64,000 nt of DNA from Candidatus Poseidoniaceae archaeon (GTDB lineage Archaea > Thermoplasmatota > Poseidoniia > Poseidoniales > Poseidoniaceae): assembly GCA_030747785.1 (NCBI GenBank), contig JASLKC010000024.1:6235-70234 (forward strand), given 5' to 3'. The notes under the pieces are model-generated. The model saw only the letters and a program-made list of their open reading frames with translations, was not told where the DNA came from and did no database searches. This document shows positions 39,590 to 49,282 of this stretch, piece after piece (the first letter of the stretch is position 1; the number at the start of each line of letters is the position of its first letter). Made by a program: the position numbers and the translations under genes.

Positions 39590-40484
39590 ATGGCCATGTG
39601 AGATGCGACTTGTCCGCAATACACCGAATTCTCATCCTATGCACCTCCATTTTGCCCTCACAAACCGGACATTTGGCTTTCTCGGAAATTTCTTCCATCC
39701 AAGCCTGTCTAGTTTCTTTCTCATCACCCTCTTCTCGAAGGCGTTTTACAAGGTCATCTAAACCAACAAATGGATGCTCTAACGGAAGTTCTTCTATCTC
39801 GGCTTCCCCTTCCCAAACAATACCTTTTCTGATGAGTGGTAGCATGGCATATGCAAGTACAAAACCGCCAAGATGGGCCATGTGGGCAACATCAGACATT
39901 TCGTTCATCTCATATGTTTGCCAAGTTCTGAAAACTTCGAGGGCAAAATAAACCAGAGCGATGAAGTGTACAGGCCATTTTCTAATTAGAATAAATGGAA
40001 AGAATACCTCATCTCGTGGCCATCCCATCAGATAAGCACCTAGGATTCCAAAGGCAGCACCAGATGCTCCTAGTACTGGTGTAGTTGAGCCAGGATTTGC
40101 TAAGACCCATGCGATTGATCCGCCCAATAATCCAACTAGGTATGAGATGCACCATCTACCTCTGCCTAATCTCTCTTCGAGAGGAATCCCCACAAGGGCG
40201 ATGATAATTATGTTTGAAAGTACATGTAAAGGGTTTCCGGGACTGTGAACAAAACCAGAGGTAATCACTGTCCATAAACTTCCACCTGATTCAACAAAAG
40301 AGGGCCTCATCCAAAGATAGTCAACAAGGTCCCAGTGCCCCGCCCAAAACCAAATCAATTGAACGATGTAACCGAATAATAGCGAGAGGGTTAGAGCCAT
40401 AGCAATCGAGGCTTTTTCCTTCCAAGCCCAAAGTAGAGGAGCAACTATCGCCGCCACCCAAATACTGAGCAAAAACCCCTCCAT
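39588..40484 (-). CDS. Rhomboid-family intramembrane serine protease with C-terminal Cys/His (Zn-ribbon-like) extension
   Basis: SGFVH..LHVLSN, GASG (Ser), AHLGG (His); tail CPVC...C....H. Start moved to ATG 40484. Confidence 0.92.
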   Translation of the reverse strand: MEGFLLSIWVAAIVAPLLWAWKEKASIAMALTLSLLFGYIVQLIWFWAGHWDLVDYLWMRPSFVESGGSLWTVITSGFVHSPGNPLHVLSNIIIIALVGIPLEERLGRGRWCISYLVGLLGGSIAWVLANPGSTTPVLGASGAAFGILGAYLMGWPRDEVFFPFILIRKWPVHFIALVYFALEVFRTWQTYEMNEMSDVAHMAHLGGFVLAYAMLPLIRKGIVWEGEAEIEELPLEHPFVGLDDLVKRLREEGDEKETRQAWMEEISEKAKCPVCEGKMEVHRMRIRCIADKSHLTWP

Positions 40485-40536
40485 GTTGTTAGCGGAGGAG
40501 GCGGCGCCTTGAAGCCACTGCGGTTGTTCGAGGTAA

Positions 40537-41715
40537 ATGATGGGAATCATCGAACTGTCCGGACTTCGTCTGCGCAGAGGGCGCGGATTGGTGCTTGATG
40601 ATTGGAATCTCACTGTAGAATCGGGAGAAGTCGTAGTTCTCTCGGGTGAGAATGGTTGTGGGAAATCCACGGTAATTGAAGCTGCTGCGGGCCTCTTGGC
40701 ACTCGATGCGGGCTCCTCAACGATTTCTGGGCAATTAATTCGCGACCATCAGGGCCGAAGAGGAAGAACACATTTCGGACTGTGTCTACAAGATGACTGT
40801 ATCATGGGTGACGAATTGGTTGAGGAAAGGCTGCTTGACGTAGCGGGACATTCCTTCGATGTGAAATCGCTATTGCGCGAATGGGGTATTGACCATCGTG
40901 CTAACGACCGAGTTGCCATGCTATCAGGTGGACAAAGAAGGAGAATCGCTGTCCTCTCAGGGTTATTACCGGCGATGTTGTCATCCGAACCAGTCGCAAT
41001 TCTACTCGATGAACCGGATTCAGGTTTGGACGATGCCTCGGTCGAGAGACTCGCAATATTGCTTCGTGACTTAGCTGCAGGTGGACATTCAATCCTTGTC
41101 GCTTCACACAATGAGAGAATAAAAGGAGCGGCTGACCGACTGATCTCATTCCCATACGAAGAAGAGAAATTCTCTCGCCCTGTTGGAGAATTTTCTCAAA
41201 TCAAATTCTCCTCACAACGAAATTCATTCATCGGCTTGAGGATGACTACTCGAACGATGGCAGGTTTTGCCAATAATGGAATTGCAGGAATTCTCGTATT
41301 GGGAGCGATGTTAGCATTAATCGATTCTTCAATACTTGAAGGGAATCTCAAGACGGCATACATACTCGCACCATCGCTTGCTGCTGGACTTTGTGGCGAC
41401 CCCATGTTCAGGCTGCTCCAAGAAAATAGGTCACATGCATGGTGGAGAGCGATGAAAGCGATTCCACCAAGTGGTCTTTCAGCAGTATTTGTAGGTACAA
41501 TTATTCTCACAATATTTGCATCGGCGAGTATCAATCACTTCGATATGACAATAATTGTTGCAGGGGGAATACTCGGGGTATTCACCGCTGGTTGCGTCGG
41601 GCTCCTTTCTCATGCAACACTGAGTTTATCGCGTCCAAATGCAGTGATGATTCGCCTGTTGACTCCACTACTAATCCTACCTTGGTCACTTGTTGTAGAC
41701 CGTTTATCACAGTGA
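40537..41715 (+). CDS. ABC ATPase fused to a membrane domain (probable CcmA-CcmB fusion)
   Basis: GENGCGKS, LSGGQ, LLDEP, ASH in the first ~205 aa; about 5 TM segments after; directly upstream of ccmC. Confidence 0.7.
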   Translation: MMGIIELSGLRLRRGRGLVLDDWNLTVESGEVVVLSGENGCGKSTVIEAAAGLLALDAGSSTISGQLIRDHQGRRGRTHFGLCLQDDCIMGDELVEERLLDVAGHSFDVKSLLREWGIDHRANDRVAMLSGGQRRRIAVLSGLLPAMLSSEPVAILLDEPDSGLDDASVERLAILLRDLAAGGHSILVASHNERIKGAADRLISFPYEEEKFSRPVGEFSQIKFSSQRNSFIGLRMTTRTMAGFANNGIAGILVLGAMLALIDSSILEGNLKTAYILAPSLAAGLCGDPMFRLLQENRSHAWWRAMKAIPPSGLSAVFVGTIILTIFASASINHFDMTIIVAGGILGVFTAGCVGLLSHATLSLSRPNAVMIRLLTPLLILPWSLVVDRLSQ

Positions 41716-41727
41716 GGTTCAAGGATG

Positions 41728-41742
41728 AGGCCCTACGGGCCT
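41728..41742. promoter_or_regulatory. Triloop hairpin AGGCCC-TAC-GGGCCT (GTA loop on the minus strand)
   Basis: Perfect 6-bp inverted repeat between TTCAA (41718) and the ccmC ATG (41750). Confidence 0.55.
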
Positions 41743-41749
41743 AAGACTG

Positions 41750-42448
41750 ATGTCCCGACTCTCCGAGGTGCTCACCATGACCGGCCTTTCCGGTTGTGCG
41801 CTCACTTTGTGGCTTGGATTCACTTGGGTTCCTTCTGTTTCAATCGCCGCCTTTGAAGCTCCTGCAGCACAGAGAATCTTCTACTGGCATGTCCCAAGTG
41901 CATGGGCTGCAATGCTATCCTTCGCTATGCTCTTTGTCGGTTCTGCCGCTTGGTTCTTCAAGCGTCGAGAATGGGGTTGGAGGCTTCAGGTCGCCGCTTC
42001 AGAAGCAGGTCTTGCCACGGGTTTGATGGCTGTTCTTTCAGGATGTATTTGGGGGGCTGCAGAATGGGGAGTTCCTTGGGATTGGACAGATGTCCGGCTC
42101 AACACATTCGGAATTCTTACCCTCCTCGCACTTTTCTTAGTACTCGGAAGGCGTTCTCAGCCCGACGGAATTGAAACCAGAGATACCTTCTCCTCATTCG
42201 GTCTTTTCGGATTTGTACTTGTTCCCCTAACCTATGTTGCAACGAGGCTGTGGCAGGTGCGCCATCCTGGTCCAGTAATAGGAACCGACGAAGGAACACT
42301 TGCAACCGACATGGGGTATGTTCTCCTTTTAGGGGCTATCTCGATGACGATTCTAGTATTGGGTCATGTAATCGCAGGTATGAGACTTGCACGCCTCGAA
42401 CTATTGCTCGAGGAACTTCAAAACAAGCACGAGGAGGCTTCTAGATGA
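41750..42448 (+). CDS. ccmC: Heme exporter protein C (cytochrome c maturation)
   Basis: RIFYWHVPSAW, Trp-rich WGAAEWGVPWDWTDVRL (WWD domain), RHP. Confidence 0.92.
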   Translation: MSRLSEVLTMTGLSGCALTLWLGFTWVPSVSIAAFEAPAAQRIFYWHVPSAWAAMLSFAMLFVGSAAWFFKRREWGWRLQVAASEAGLATGLMAVLSGCIWGAAEWGVPWDWTDVRLNTFGILTLLALFLVLGRRSQPDGIETRDTFSSFGLFGFVLVPLTYVATRLWQVRHPGPVIGTDEGTLATDMGYVLLLGAISMTILVLGHVIAGMRLARLELLLEELQNKHEEASR

Positions 42449-42591
42449 ATGGAATGACACACTTAGCAATTGCATATATTGGCATGATTACCGCCCTTGG
42501 AATTTGGACTTGGACAGTACTTACTCGAAGTCGAGACCTCGAAGCGAGAATAAATGCTCTAGAACTAGCCCTTTCCGCAGGTGAAGAATAG
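42445..42591 (+). CDS. CcmD-like small membrane protein (48 aa)
   Basis: MNGMTHLAIAYIGMITALGIWTWTVLTRSRDLEARINALELALSAGEE; ATGA overlap with the ccmC stop; AY motif, one TM, charged tail. Below the ORF-track size cutoff. Confidence 0.72.
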   Translation: MNGMTHLAIAYIGMITALGIWTWTVLTRSRDLEARINALELALSAGEE

Positions 42592-42634
42592 AATCATTCA
42601 ACAGCGGCATTGATTGAAACAAGGATGAGATAGC

Positions 42635-43690
42635 ATGGATCTTGGTGGTGAGTTTTGTCTTGTGTGCGGGGCTGCACCACCTCTCTACAGTGGCCGCATG
42701 TGTGAAAAATGTACTCGCGAACGGGTGAAACTTGCAGAGGTTCCCAAGAATGTTCCATGGACACGGTGTGCACGGTGTGGAAGAATTGATTTTCAAGGAA
42801 AATGGTGCGAAGTCGAAGAGGATGAATTATGGAATGAATTAGTTCAACGAAATGTTGAATTCCACGTCGAGGTCGAAGATCTTGAATTGGGAATACTTGC
42901 ACAAGAAGTTGATGGAAGACATACCTTGGTCCACCTCCAAATTGAGGGCATAATCGATGATCTACTCTACACTGACGAAAAGACGATGCGGGCTAGAATG
43001 TCAAATGGAGTCTGCTTAACATGTACTCGCCAAGCAGGTAATTACTTCGAAGCAACAGTACAGATTCGTTCAAGTGCACGACGTCTTTCTGAAGAAGAAT
43101 TTCTTGTCTTAAGAGCCACTCTTAACACACTACTCGAGGAGATGCCTGATGACCCGATGTTTTTCATCACATCAGAAGGACCGGTCACCGGAGGATACGA
43201 TGTTGTTCTTGGCTCTAAGGCACTAGCTAGAGCATGGGGCCGCCACCTCGTTAGCAATCATGGTGGACAAATTGCAGCTACTACTTCGATCGTTGGAAGA
43301 AAGGATGGAGCGGACCTTACGAGGCTAACACTTCTCTATCGTAAACCAGGATATGACTTAGGTGATATCATCCGCTGGCGAGGAGAATTATGGCGACCAT
43401 CAAATTGGTCGGGAGAAGGTGCGGTTCTCGAAAAAATCGAGCGCCGTGAAAGGACTGGCGCATCTTGGCGTGATTTGGAAGCCGCAACAGTAATCCTTCG
43501 TCAAAATGAACTACATTACATCGAGATTGTCAGCGAGGATTCATCAGTGGCGGAATTCCTCGACCCAAATACGTGGAAGATGGAAGCGGTTCGACTGCCC
43601 TACGAACATGTGACTGGAAGAAAACTTCTTCTTGCTCGCATCGATGGGGAATGGTTGAGTCTACCATACATGGGAATGGACGGTGAGTAA
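42635..43690 (+). CDS. NMD3-family ribosome biogenesis protein
   Basis: CLVCG..MCEKC, CARCG, CLTCTRQAGNYFEATVQIR. Confidence 0.9.
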   Translation: MDLGGEFCLVCGAAPPLYSGRMCEKCTRERVKLAEVPKNVPWTRCARCGRIDFQGKWCEVEEDELWNELVQRNVEFHVEVEDLELGILAQEVDGRHTLVHLQIEGIIDDLLYTDEKTMRARMSNGVCLTCTRQAGNYFEATVQIRSSARRLSEEEFLVLRATLNTLLEEMPDDPMFFITSEGPVTGGYDVVLGSKALARAWGRHLVSNHGGQIAATTSIVGRKDGADLTRLTLLYRKPGYDLGDIIRWRGELWRPSNWSGEGAVLEKIERRERTGASWRDLEAATVILRQNELHYIEIVSEDSSVAEFLDPNTWKMEAVRLPYEHVTGRKLLLARIDGEWLSLPYMGMDGE

Positions 43691-44761
43691 ATGGAAGAAG
43701 GAATCATTCGCTTAGCAACTGCACTCGATTCTGAAAACATGATTGGTTATACCCGTAAATTTGCGGATGACATTGAAGATGGTCAAGAATGCGTACGGGA
43801 GGAATTACTTCCGTGGCTTAGTACGATTCGTCAGAACTGGTCAGGAGTCCTATTCCTTGGAATGGGTGGTTCTGCTGCCGGGGGGGACTTCATCTCTACA
43901 ATAGCAGACCGCCTTGGGAAGAAACCCGTTCGGACACATAGAGGATATGAATTACCAGAATGGTGGGATTCTTCATGGCTAGTTGTCGCCACATCATATT
44001 CTGGAAATACCGAAGAAACCCTTTCCGCAACCGAAGCCGCTGCTGCAAGTGGAACTGTTGTCGTGATTTCTAGTGGAGGAGTTCTTGCAGGAATGTGTGA
44101 ACTCCATGAGAATATGCATCTAATTTCATGTCCTTCTGGACAACCACCGCGTTCTGCCTTCGGGCACTTATTCAGCCGCCAACTTGCATTGATGGTACAT
44201 GCAGGAATTCTACCACACACTCTTGGTTCCGAGGCTTTGATGAGATTGAAATTAGCCGTGGGTGATTGTGATATCTTAGCTGACCCCGAGGGTGATATTT
44301 GCTTACTTGCTGCTGAATTAATCGAGGCACCGATTTCAATTCTTGGACCTTCTGAACTCTTGCCCGCCCTGAATAGATTCAAGAATCAACTCAATGAAAA
44401 CTCAGCACGATTTGCTCGAATTGATTCATTTCCCGAAATGAATCACAATGAGATAGTCGCATGGGGAGGAGTTGGTCCCGACCAAGACCCTCAATCTGAA
44501 AATCAGGCTGTACTTCTAGTGAATTGGGATGGAATGCATCGAAGAGTGCATCAGCGGATGGACTGGTTTGTTTCACATTGTCCAAGTGAAAAAGCATGGA
44601 GGATTCAAGGTGAAGGTGCTAGTTTGGTTGAAGCATTGCTCCATCTTTGTATAACGATGGACTGGCTATCAATTGCATTAGCGCTTTTGCATGGAAAAGA
44701 CCCTTCTGCAATTGATCCTATCTCTTCCTTGAAGCAACACCTTTCCGAAATAAATCAGTAA
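43691..44761 (+). CDS. Bifunctional phosphoglucose/phosphomannose isomerase (SIS)
   Basis: GMGGSA, SYSGNTEET, QPPR, RFKNQLNENS, PEMNHNEI. Confidence 0.9.
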   Translation: MEEGIIRLATALDSENMIGYTRKFADDIEDGQECVREELLPWLSTIRQNWSGVLFLGMGGSAAGGDFISTIADRLGKKPVRTHRGYELPEWWDSSWLVVATSYSGNTEETLSATEAAAASGTVVVISSGGVLAGMCELHENMHLISCPSGQPPRSAFGHLFSRQLALMVHAGILPHTLGSEALMRLKLAVGDCDILADPEGDICLLAAELIEAPISILGPSELLPALNRFKNQLNENSARFARIDSFPEMNHNEIVAWGGVGPDQDPQSENQAVLLVNWDGMHRRVHQRMDWFVSHCPSEKAWRIQGEGASLVEALLHLCITMDWLSIALALLHGKDPSAIDPISSLKQHLSEINQ

Positions 44762-45318
44762 ATTGGGCCGAGTACAAGTCTTGGATCTGGAAATCGTTCG
44801 AGTGCCCATTCACGTTCTGAAACTGCAACTACTCCAGGCATGTCATTGTCGTCAGGTTCTTCCCAGGACAACTGGAAATGGAGATGCGGAGGCCATCCTC
44901 CATTTACTCCTTCATCTCCTATTGTGGCGAGTAGATGACCTTCACTCACGCTTTGACCAACTTTTACCATCTCTAAACTTTCAACAGAAAGATGGCCATG
45001 TAATGCCCAAATATCTCTGCCATCGAGTGAATGCTTTGTGATTATTGTCGGCCCGTAAGAGCCATCTTCGCTATTGGTCCCCATCGAATGAACAACACCA
45101 TCTGAGAATGCGAAGACCGGTTCACCGACTGGAGCTCCGATATCTATTCCCACATGAAGTTCTCTTTTCCCCTCGAAAAGCTCCTGTGTATACATACCCG
45201 GCCTAACCTCATCATATCTACCGATTTGATAGGCAAAAGGACATTGAAAATCAGGATCAATTCCCCTTGTATAATCGAAAACCCAGTATTCATCAGGTAG
45301 TTGGATGACTGGGTGCAT
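44755..45318 (-). CDS. M23-family metallopeptidase
   Basis: HVGID (HxxxD), YG, HGHL, HLHFQ (HxH). No signal peptide. Start probably ATG 45318. Confidence 0.88.
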   Translation of the reverse strand: MHPVIQLPDEYWVFDYTRGIDPDFQCPFAYQIGRYDEVRPGMYTQELFEGKRELHVGIDIGAPVGEPVFAFSDGVVHSMGTNSEDGSYGPTIITKHSLDGRDIWALHGHLSVESLEMVKVGQSVSEGHLLATIGDEGVNGGWPPHLHFQLSWEEPDDNDMPGVVAVSEREWALERFPDPRLVLGPIY

Positions 45319-45374
45319 GATAGGCGGAAAACGCCTTGCCTCTTCAAACGACCTGCGATGAGATGAAGTGCTCA

Positions 45375-45393
45375 CAATCACCGAAGGTGATTG
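45375..45393. promoter_or_regulatory. Triloop hairpin CAATCACC-GAA-GGTGATTG abutting a start codon
   Basis: Perfect 8-bp inverted repeat immediately followed by ATG 45394. Confidence 0.6.
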
Positions 45394-47532
45394 ATGTCAT
45401 GGCTTGTCTTGGCTGTATCGCTCCTTCCAGGGCTAGCAATTGCTAGGGAGATCGATGCTACTTCCGATTGGTTACGTAGGTTCTTTCTCGCCCCATCGCT
45501 TGGCCTATTATTGCTCTTTACACTTGCTGGTATCAATTACCTTGCTGGAGCGAGTATGCTAACATTGCATCTCCTAATTTTCATTGCAAATGCTCTCGCA
45601 ATCTATGTTCTGTCTCGCAATAGAGAAGAGACATGGAGTCAACGACAATTTTTCTTTATCGAAAATCGTTCTAGGGCAATGTTTCCTGCAATTATTGTAG
45701 TTACATTAGTCTGTATGCTCCCCTTAATTTTCCTAGACCGCCCCATGGGAGTAGATTGGATTGGTTTCTCAGCGATTAGTGATTCTATTCTGAGAACTGG
45801 CACAATGGAACTACCTTCTCCTTCCCAGGGATGGTGGACTTATCCCCCGGCATTACCAACCCTTGCGGCTTGGAATTCATCAGTTACCGGAGTTACAACT
45901 GCAGATTCGGTATTCTCCATTGGACAACTTAGCCTACTCGCATTATTATTTGGCATCATGGGAGCGATGGATCGGCACGGTGCTGGAATACAATCGATGC
46001 TTGCTATGGGCTTAGCTGCAGGACTATTTGCCAAGGGATTTGATTCTGGATATCCTACTGTTGCTAGCCATTTAGGTTTGGTAGTGGGCCTACTAATTGT
46101 TCTAGAAGTGGATAGGAGAAAATCAGATGAATTCTTTTTGATTTTTGCTTTACTAGCCTCAGCACTTCTCCATCCATCAGGGGCAATAATGCTCGGGCTT
46201 CTGATTATCTCTGAACAATTGCTGACCAAAGGAGGTGAATCTCTCAATCGAATACTGGTCATCTGTTCTTTTGCATTAGGTGCAGTAGCAGTAATTGGAC
46301 TTGTAGTAATCTCTCCGAGTTTACTAGAGCACGCTATTTTCGCTGAACATGGCTGGCAGGGAGGGCGCCCGTTACTGATGTACAATGGGATTTTGCTAAT
46401 TGTTGGTGGTTTCGCCGCCCAGAGAATTCACAATACAATTGAGGGTCGAATTCTGATTGCTTGGGTCACTTTGATTTGGATATTAACAGGAATTCACCTC
46501 TTTCCATCGCTTGAAGAAGTTTGGGTTTTCAAGGTGGTTTCCGCTTCTCTCTATTCGATGGGGATGTATGCCTTCCACATTCCTCTCGCGGTAATTGTGG
46601 GACTTTGGTGGTCTGCTAGTACCGACCTTGGTTCAACAGGTGAAGCGGAAAACCTACTGATGTATGGCCGTGATGAGCATCCTACATCCAAAGTAGTTAA
46701 AGCGCTGACAATTTCTTCAATTCTAATCCTTAGTACTGCTTGCGGAATAATTGTTGAACTCTCAAACCACGAAGAACTCCAAGCATATACCGATGGTGAT
46801 GAAGCGATTCATGACATGCTGTCAGATTTACCCGATGGGTCAATTGTCTACAATGAAAATATGCATTGGGGTCATTCATGGAATCTGCCCGAAAGTGTCG
46901 GAGTTACGGCAGTGCCAACACTTGGATTACTCCATCAAACTTATTCTATCCAGAATGCCGCTACTACTGCAATCGGAAATGATGATGTTTCACGAATCCA
47001 GACCCTCGGTATCACACATGCAGTCACATCTCCAATGGGTTCGATGGTTTGGACTATTGCCTCTTCAGAATATTGGCAAATAATGGCCGACCAAGACGGG
47101 GCTCGACTCTGGCGCTTTGTTCCAGAAGGTGGACAACCAGTTTCAAATTTCTATGCTATCGAGGGCGATGAAATGAGGCCTGACCCTTGGAAGGATCATA
47201 GATTCCGTGACCCTTTCGATTTAGGTGATGAACGCGCGTTTATTTCTGATGATAGTCAAACGATTTCCCTTCCTATTTTATCTGAAGTCCAAGTGTGTTT
47301 AGTGGCTGAAAAGGTAGGCGATATTGATGCGAGTTTCAATGGAATTGAAATTAAGGGAGAAGGATGGACTCAAACCTGTATGGTTAGTTCAAACCAGACG
47401 CAGATCATCGAAGCAGGTGGTGGAAGTTCATGGATTAATCCAATCGGACTTTCTGGGCGTGGAGACCGTATTTTCGATGAAACTGGGCTTAGATTACATT
47501 GGATTGAGCTTCGTTCTGTGAATTTAGAATAA
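45394..47532 (+). CDS. Polytopic membrane protein, possible GT-C-fold glycosyltransferase
   Basis: About 13 TM segments; external loop PMGVDW..., YPP, HP motifs; soluble C-terminal domain; adjacent to a GT2 gene. Confidence 0.55.
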   Translation: MSWLVLAVSLLPGLAIAREIDATSDWLRRFFLAPSLGLLLLFTLAGINYLAGASMLTLHLLIFIANALAIYVLSRNREETWSQRQFFFIENRSRAMFPAIIVVTLVCMLPLIFLDRPMGVDWIGFSAISDSILRTGTMELPSPSQGWWTYPPALPTLAAWNSSVTGVTTADSVFSIGQLSLLALLFGIMGAMDRHGAGIQSMLAMGLAAGLFAKGFDSGYPTVASHLGLVVGLLIVLEVDRRKSDEFFLIFALLASALLHPSGAIMLGLLIISEQLLTKGGESLNRILVICSFALGAVAVIGLVVISPSLLEHAIFAEHGWQGGRPLLMYNGILLIVGGFAAQRIHNTIEGRILIAWVTLIWILTGIHLFPSLEEVWVFKVVSASLYSMGMYAFHIPLAVIVGLWWSASTDLGSTGEAENLLMYGRDEHPTSKVVKALTISSILILSTACGIIVELSNHEELQAYTDGDEAIHDMLSDLPDGSIVYNENMHWGHSWNLPESVGVTAVPTLGLLHQTYSIQNAATTAIGNDDVSRIQTLGITHAVTSPMGSMVWTIASSEYWQIMADQDGARLWRFVPEGGQPVSNFYAIEGDEMRPDPWKDHRFRDPFDLGDERAFISDDSQTISLPILSEVQVCLVAEKVGDIDASFNGIEIKGEGWTQTCMVSSNQTQIIEAGGGSSWINPIGLSGRGDRIFDETGLRLHWIELRSVNLE

Positions 47533-47569
47533 GGGAAAGACTTGACATTGACGCCATACAGGCCAAATC

Positions 47570-48280
47570 GTGCCAGGCCTTTTCATCATGTTGCCAGCCC
47601 TCGACGAGGCGGATGCATTGCCCAAAGTTGTCGGAGCTATTCCTGTAGATGAATTGAAAGCGGCGGGATGGCAACCTCGAATCGTTGTAGTCGATGGCGG
47701 AAGCACTGATAAAACCGTAAAGGTAGCACATGAACTTGGATGTATTGTCTACCATCAAAAAGGGCGTGGAAAAGGGTCAGGAATGCGCCAAGCTTTCAAT
47801 GCATTTCTCAATAGTGAAAATGATGCCTTGGTAATGTTAGATGCAGATGGCACATACGACCCAAAAGAGATTCCACTTTTACTCAGTAAACTCGAAGAAA
47901 ATTGCGTTGTAATCGGAGATAGGCTGCGCGGACATTTGAACCGCAATGCAATGACTACTGTCAATTGGTTGGGAAACCACATGCTAACATGGCTCGCAGT
48001 TGCCTTATTTGGCAAGGCAATAAATGACCTATGCTCGGGGTATTGGGCTTTTTCTAAGTCCGCATTATCGAAGATGGAACTCAATAGTTTGAGATTTGAA
48101 ATCGAAGCGGAGATGTACACCTCTTGTGCGTATAGAGATATCCGAATACGTCATGTGCCAATCAGTTATTCTGAACGAATTGGCGATGCGAAACTCGGTT
48201 CGCTGAGAGATGGCGGTTCCATTGCCCGTAAACTCATCATCAGACGGATATTCCCCCGACCATATGAGGCCTCGAAATGA
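47570..48280 (+). CDS. GT2 polyprenol-phosphate glycosyltransferase (DPM1-like)
   Basis: LPALDE, VVDGGSTDKT, GKG, LDADGTY, GDR, FEIEAE, RIGDAKL. Confidence 0.9.
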   Translation: MPGLFIMLPALDEADALPKVVGAIPVDELKAAGWQPRIVVVDGGSTDKTVKVAHELGCIVYHQKGRGKGSGMRQAFNAFLNSENDALVMLDADGTYDPKEIPLLLSKLEENCVVIGDRLRGHLNRNAMTTVNWLGNHMLTWLAVALFGKAINDLCSGYWAFSKSALSKMELNSLRFEIEAEMYTSCAYRDIRIRHVPISYSERIGDAKLGSLRDGGSIARKLIIRRIFPRPYEASK

Positions 48281-49251
48281 ATAGGCTAAATGCTGTAATT
48301 CTAGGGGCATCTGGATTGGTTGGACAAAGACTCCAACAGAGGCTTGTAGACCATCCTTGGTTTGAGGTTGTGGCGATTGCAGGTTCTCCTAAGACCGCGG
48401 GATTACACCACAGCCAAGTGGAATGGAGGCTTGATGGAAAAAGGCCGACATTTGATTTATCCATTTGTTCTATGGATTCAATACCTAATGCTGATATTGC
48501 CTTTTCAGCACTGCCTTCTGATATTGCGCTACAAGTAGAACCAGCCTTAGTGAAACGAGGTATTTCGGTATTCTCCAATGCCTCAGCATTTAGACGGATT
48601 AGTGGTATTCCATTAGTCATCCCCGAAGTAAATCCTTCCGAACTTGAGAAATTCAATGGGCATGTTTGTGCAACAAATTGTACTGTTGTGCCTGTAATAT
48701 TACCACTGGTTGGTCTGAGAAATCACTTGGAATCAGTGGAAATTAGTACAAGTCAGGCATTATCTGGAGCGGGTTGGGAATTATTATTCGATGAAGTTGC
48801 TTTGGCTGGAGAAGTAGATCCATTCATTCCTGATGAAGAAGAAAAGTTGATTGCAGAATTTAAACATCTTTTCGATATAGAAATTCCAGTTATAGCAAAC
48901 TGCAATAGAGTTGCTCACAAAGATGGGCATCTTGTGCATGTAAAAGCAATACTCGATGCAAATTTTTCAGTTGAAGAAATCAAAGAAAAAATGATCGTAG
49001 AACGCCTTAATCTTCCCTCTGCACCTGAAAATGTCATTATCATCACAGATGAGTGCCCTACTCGCAAAAAACACCTCTGGGCAGGAGGAGAGGGGCTTGG
49101 CGCTGGAATGTCTACAGTAGTAGGGGATATTCATGTTGAAGGTAAAATGTTGTCATTTTCTGCTCTATCACACAATACTGTACGCGGAGCCGCTGGTGGA
49201 GTGATTCTCCTAGCAGAATTCGCGCACGCCCAAGGGTACATTTCCAAATAG
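48277..49251 (+). CDS. asd: Aspartate-semialdehyde dehydrogenase
   Basis: LGASGLVGQ, SNASAFR, PEVN, NCT, QALSGAG, HNTVRGAAGG. Confidence 0.9.
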   Translation: MNRLNAVILGASGLVGQRLQQRLVDHPWFEVVAIAGSPKTAGLHHSQVEWRLDGKRPTFDLSICSMDSIPNADIAFSALPSDIALQVEPALVKRGISVFSNASAFRRISGIPLVIPEVNPSELEKFNGHVCATNCTVVPVILPLVGLRNHLESVEISTSQALSGAGWELLFDEVALAGEVDPFIPDEEEKLIAEFKHLFDIEIPVIANCNRVAHKDGHLVHVKAILDANFSVEEIKEKMIVERLNLPSAPENVIIITDECPTRKKHLWAGGEGLGAGMSTVVGDIHVEGKMLSFSALSHNTVRGAAGGVILLAEFAHAQGYISK

Positions 49252-49282
49252 GGAATCGGTTCTGGCTCTATTCGGTGGTTGC

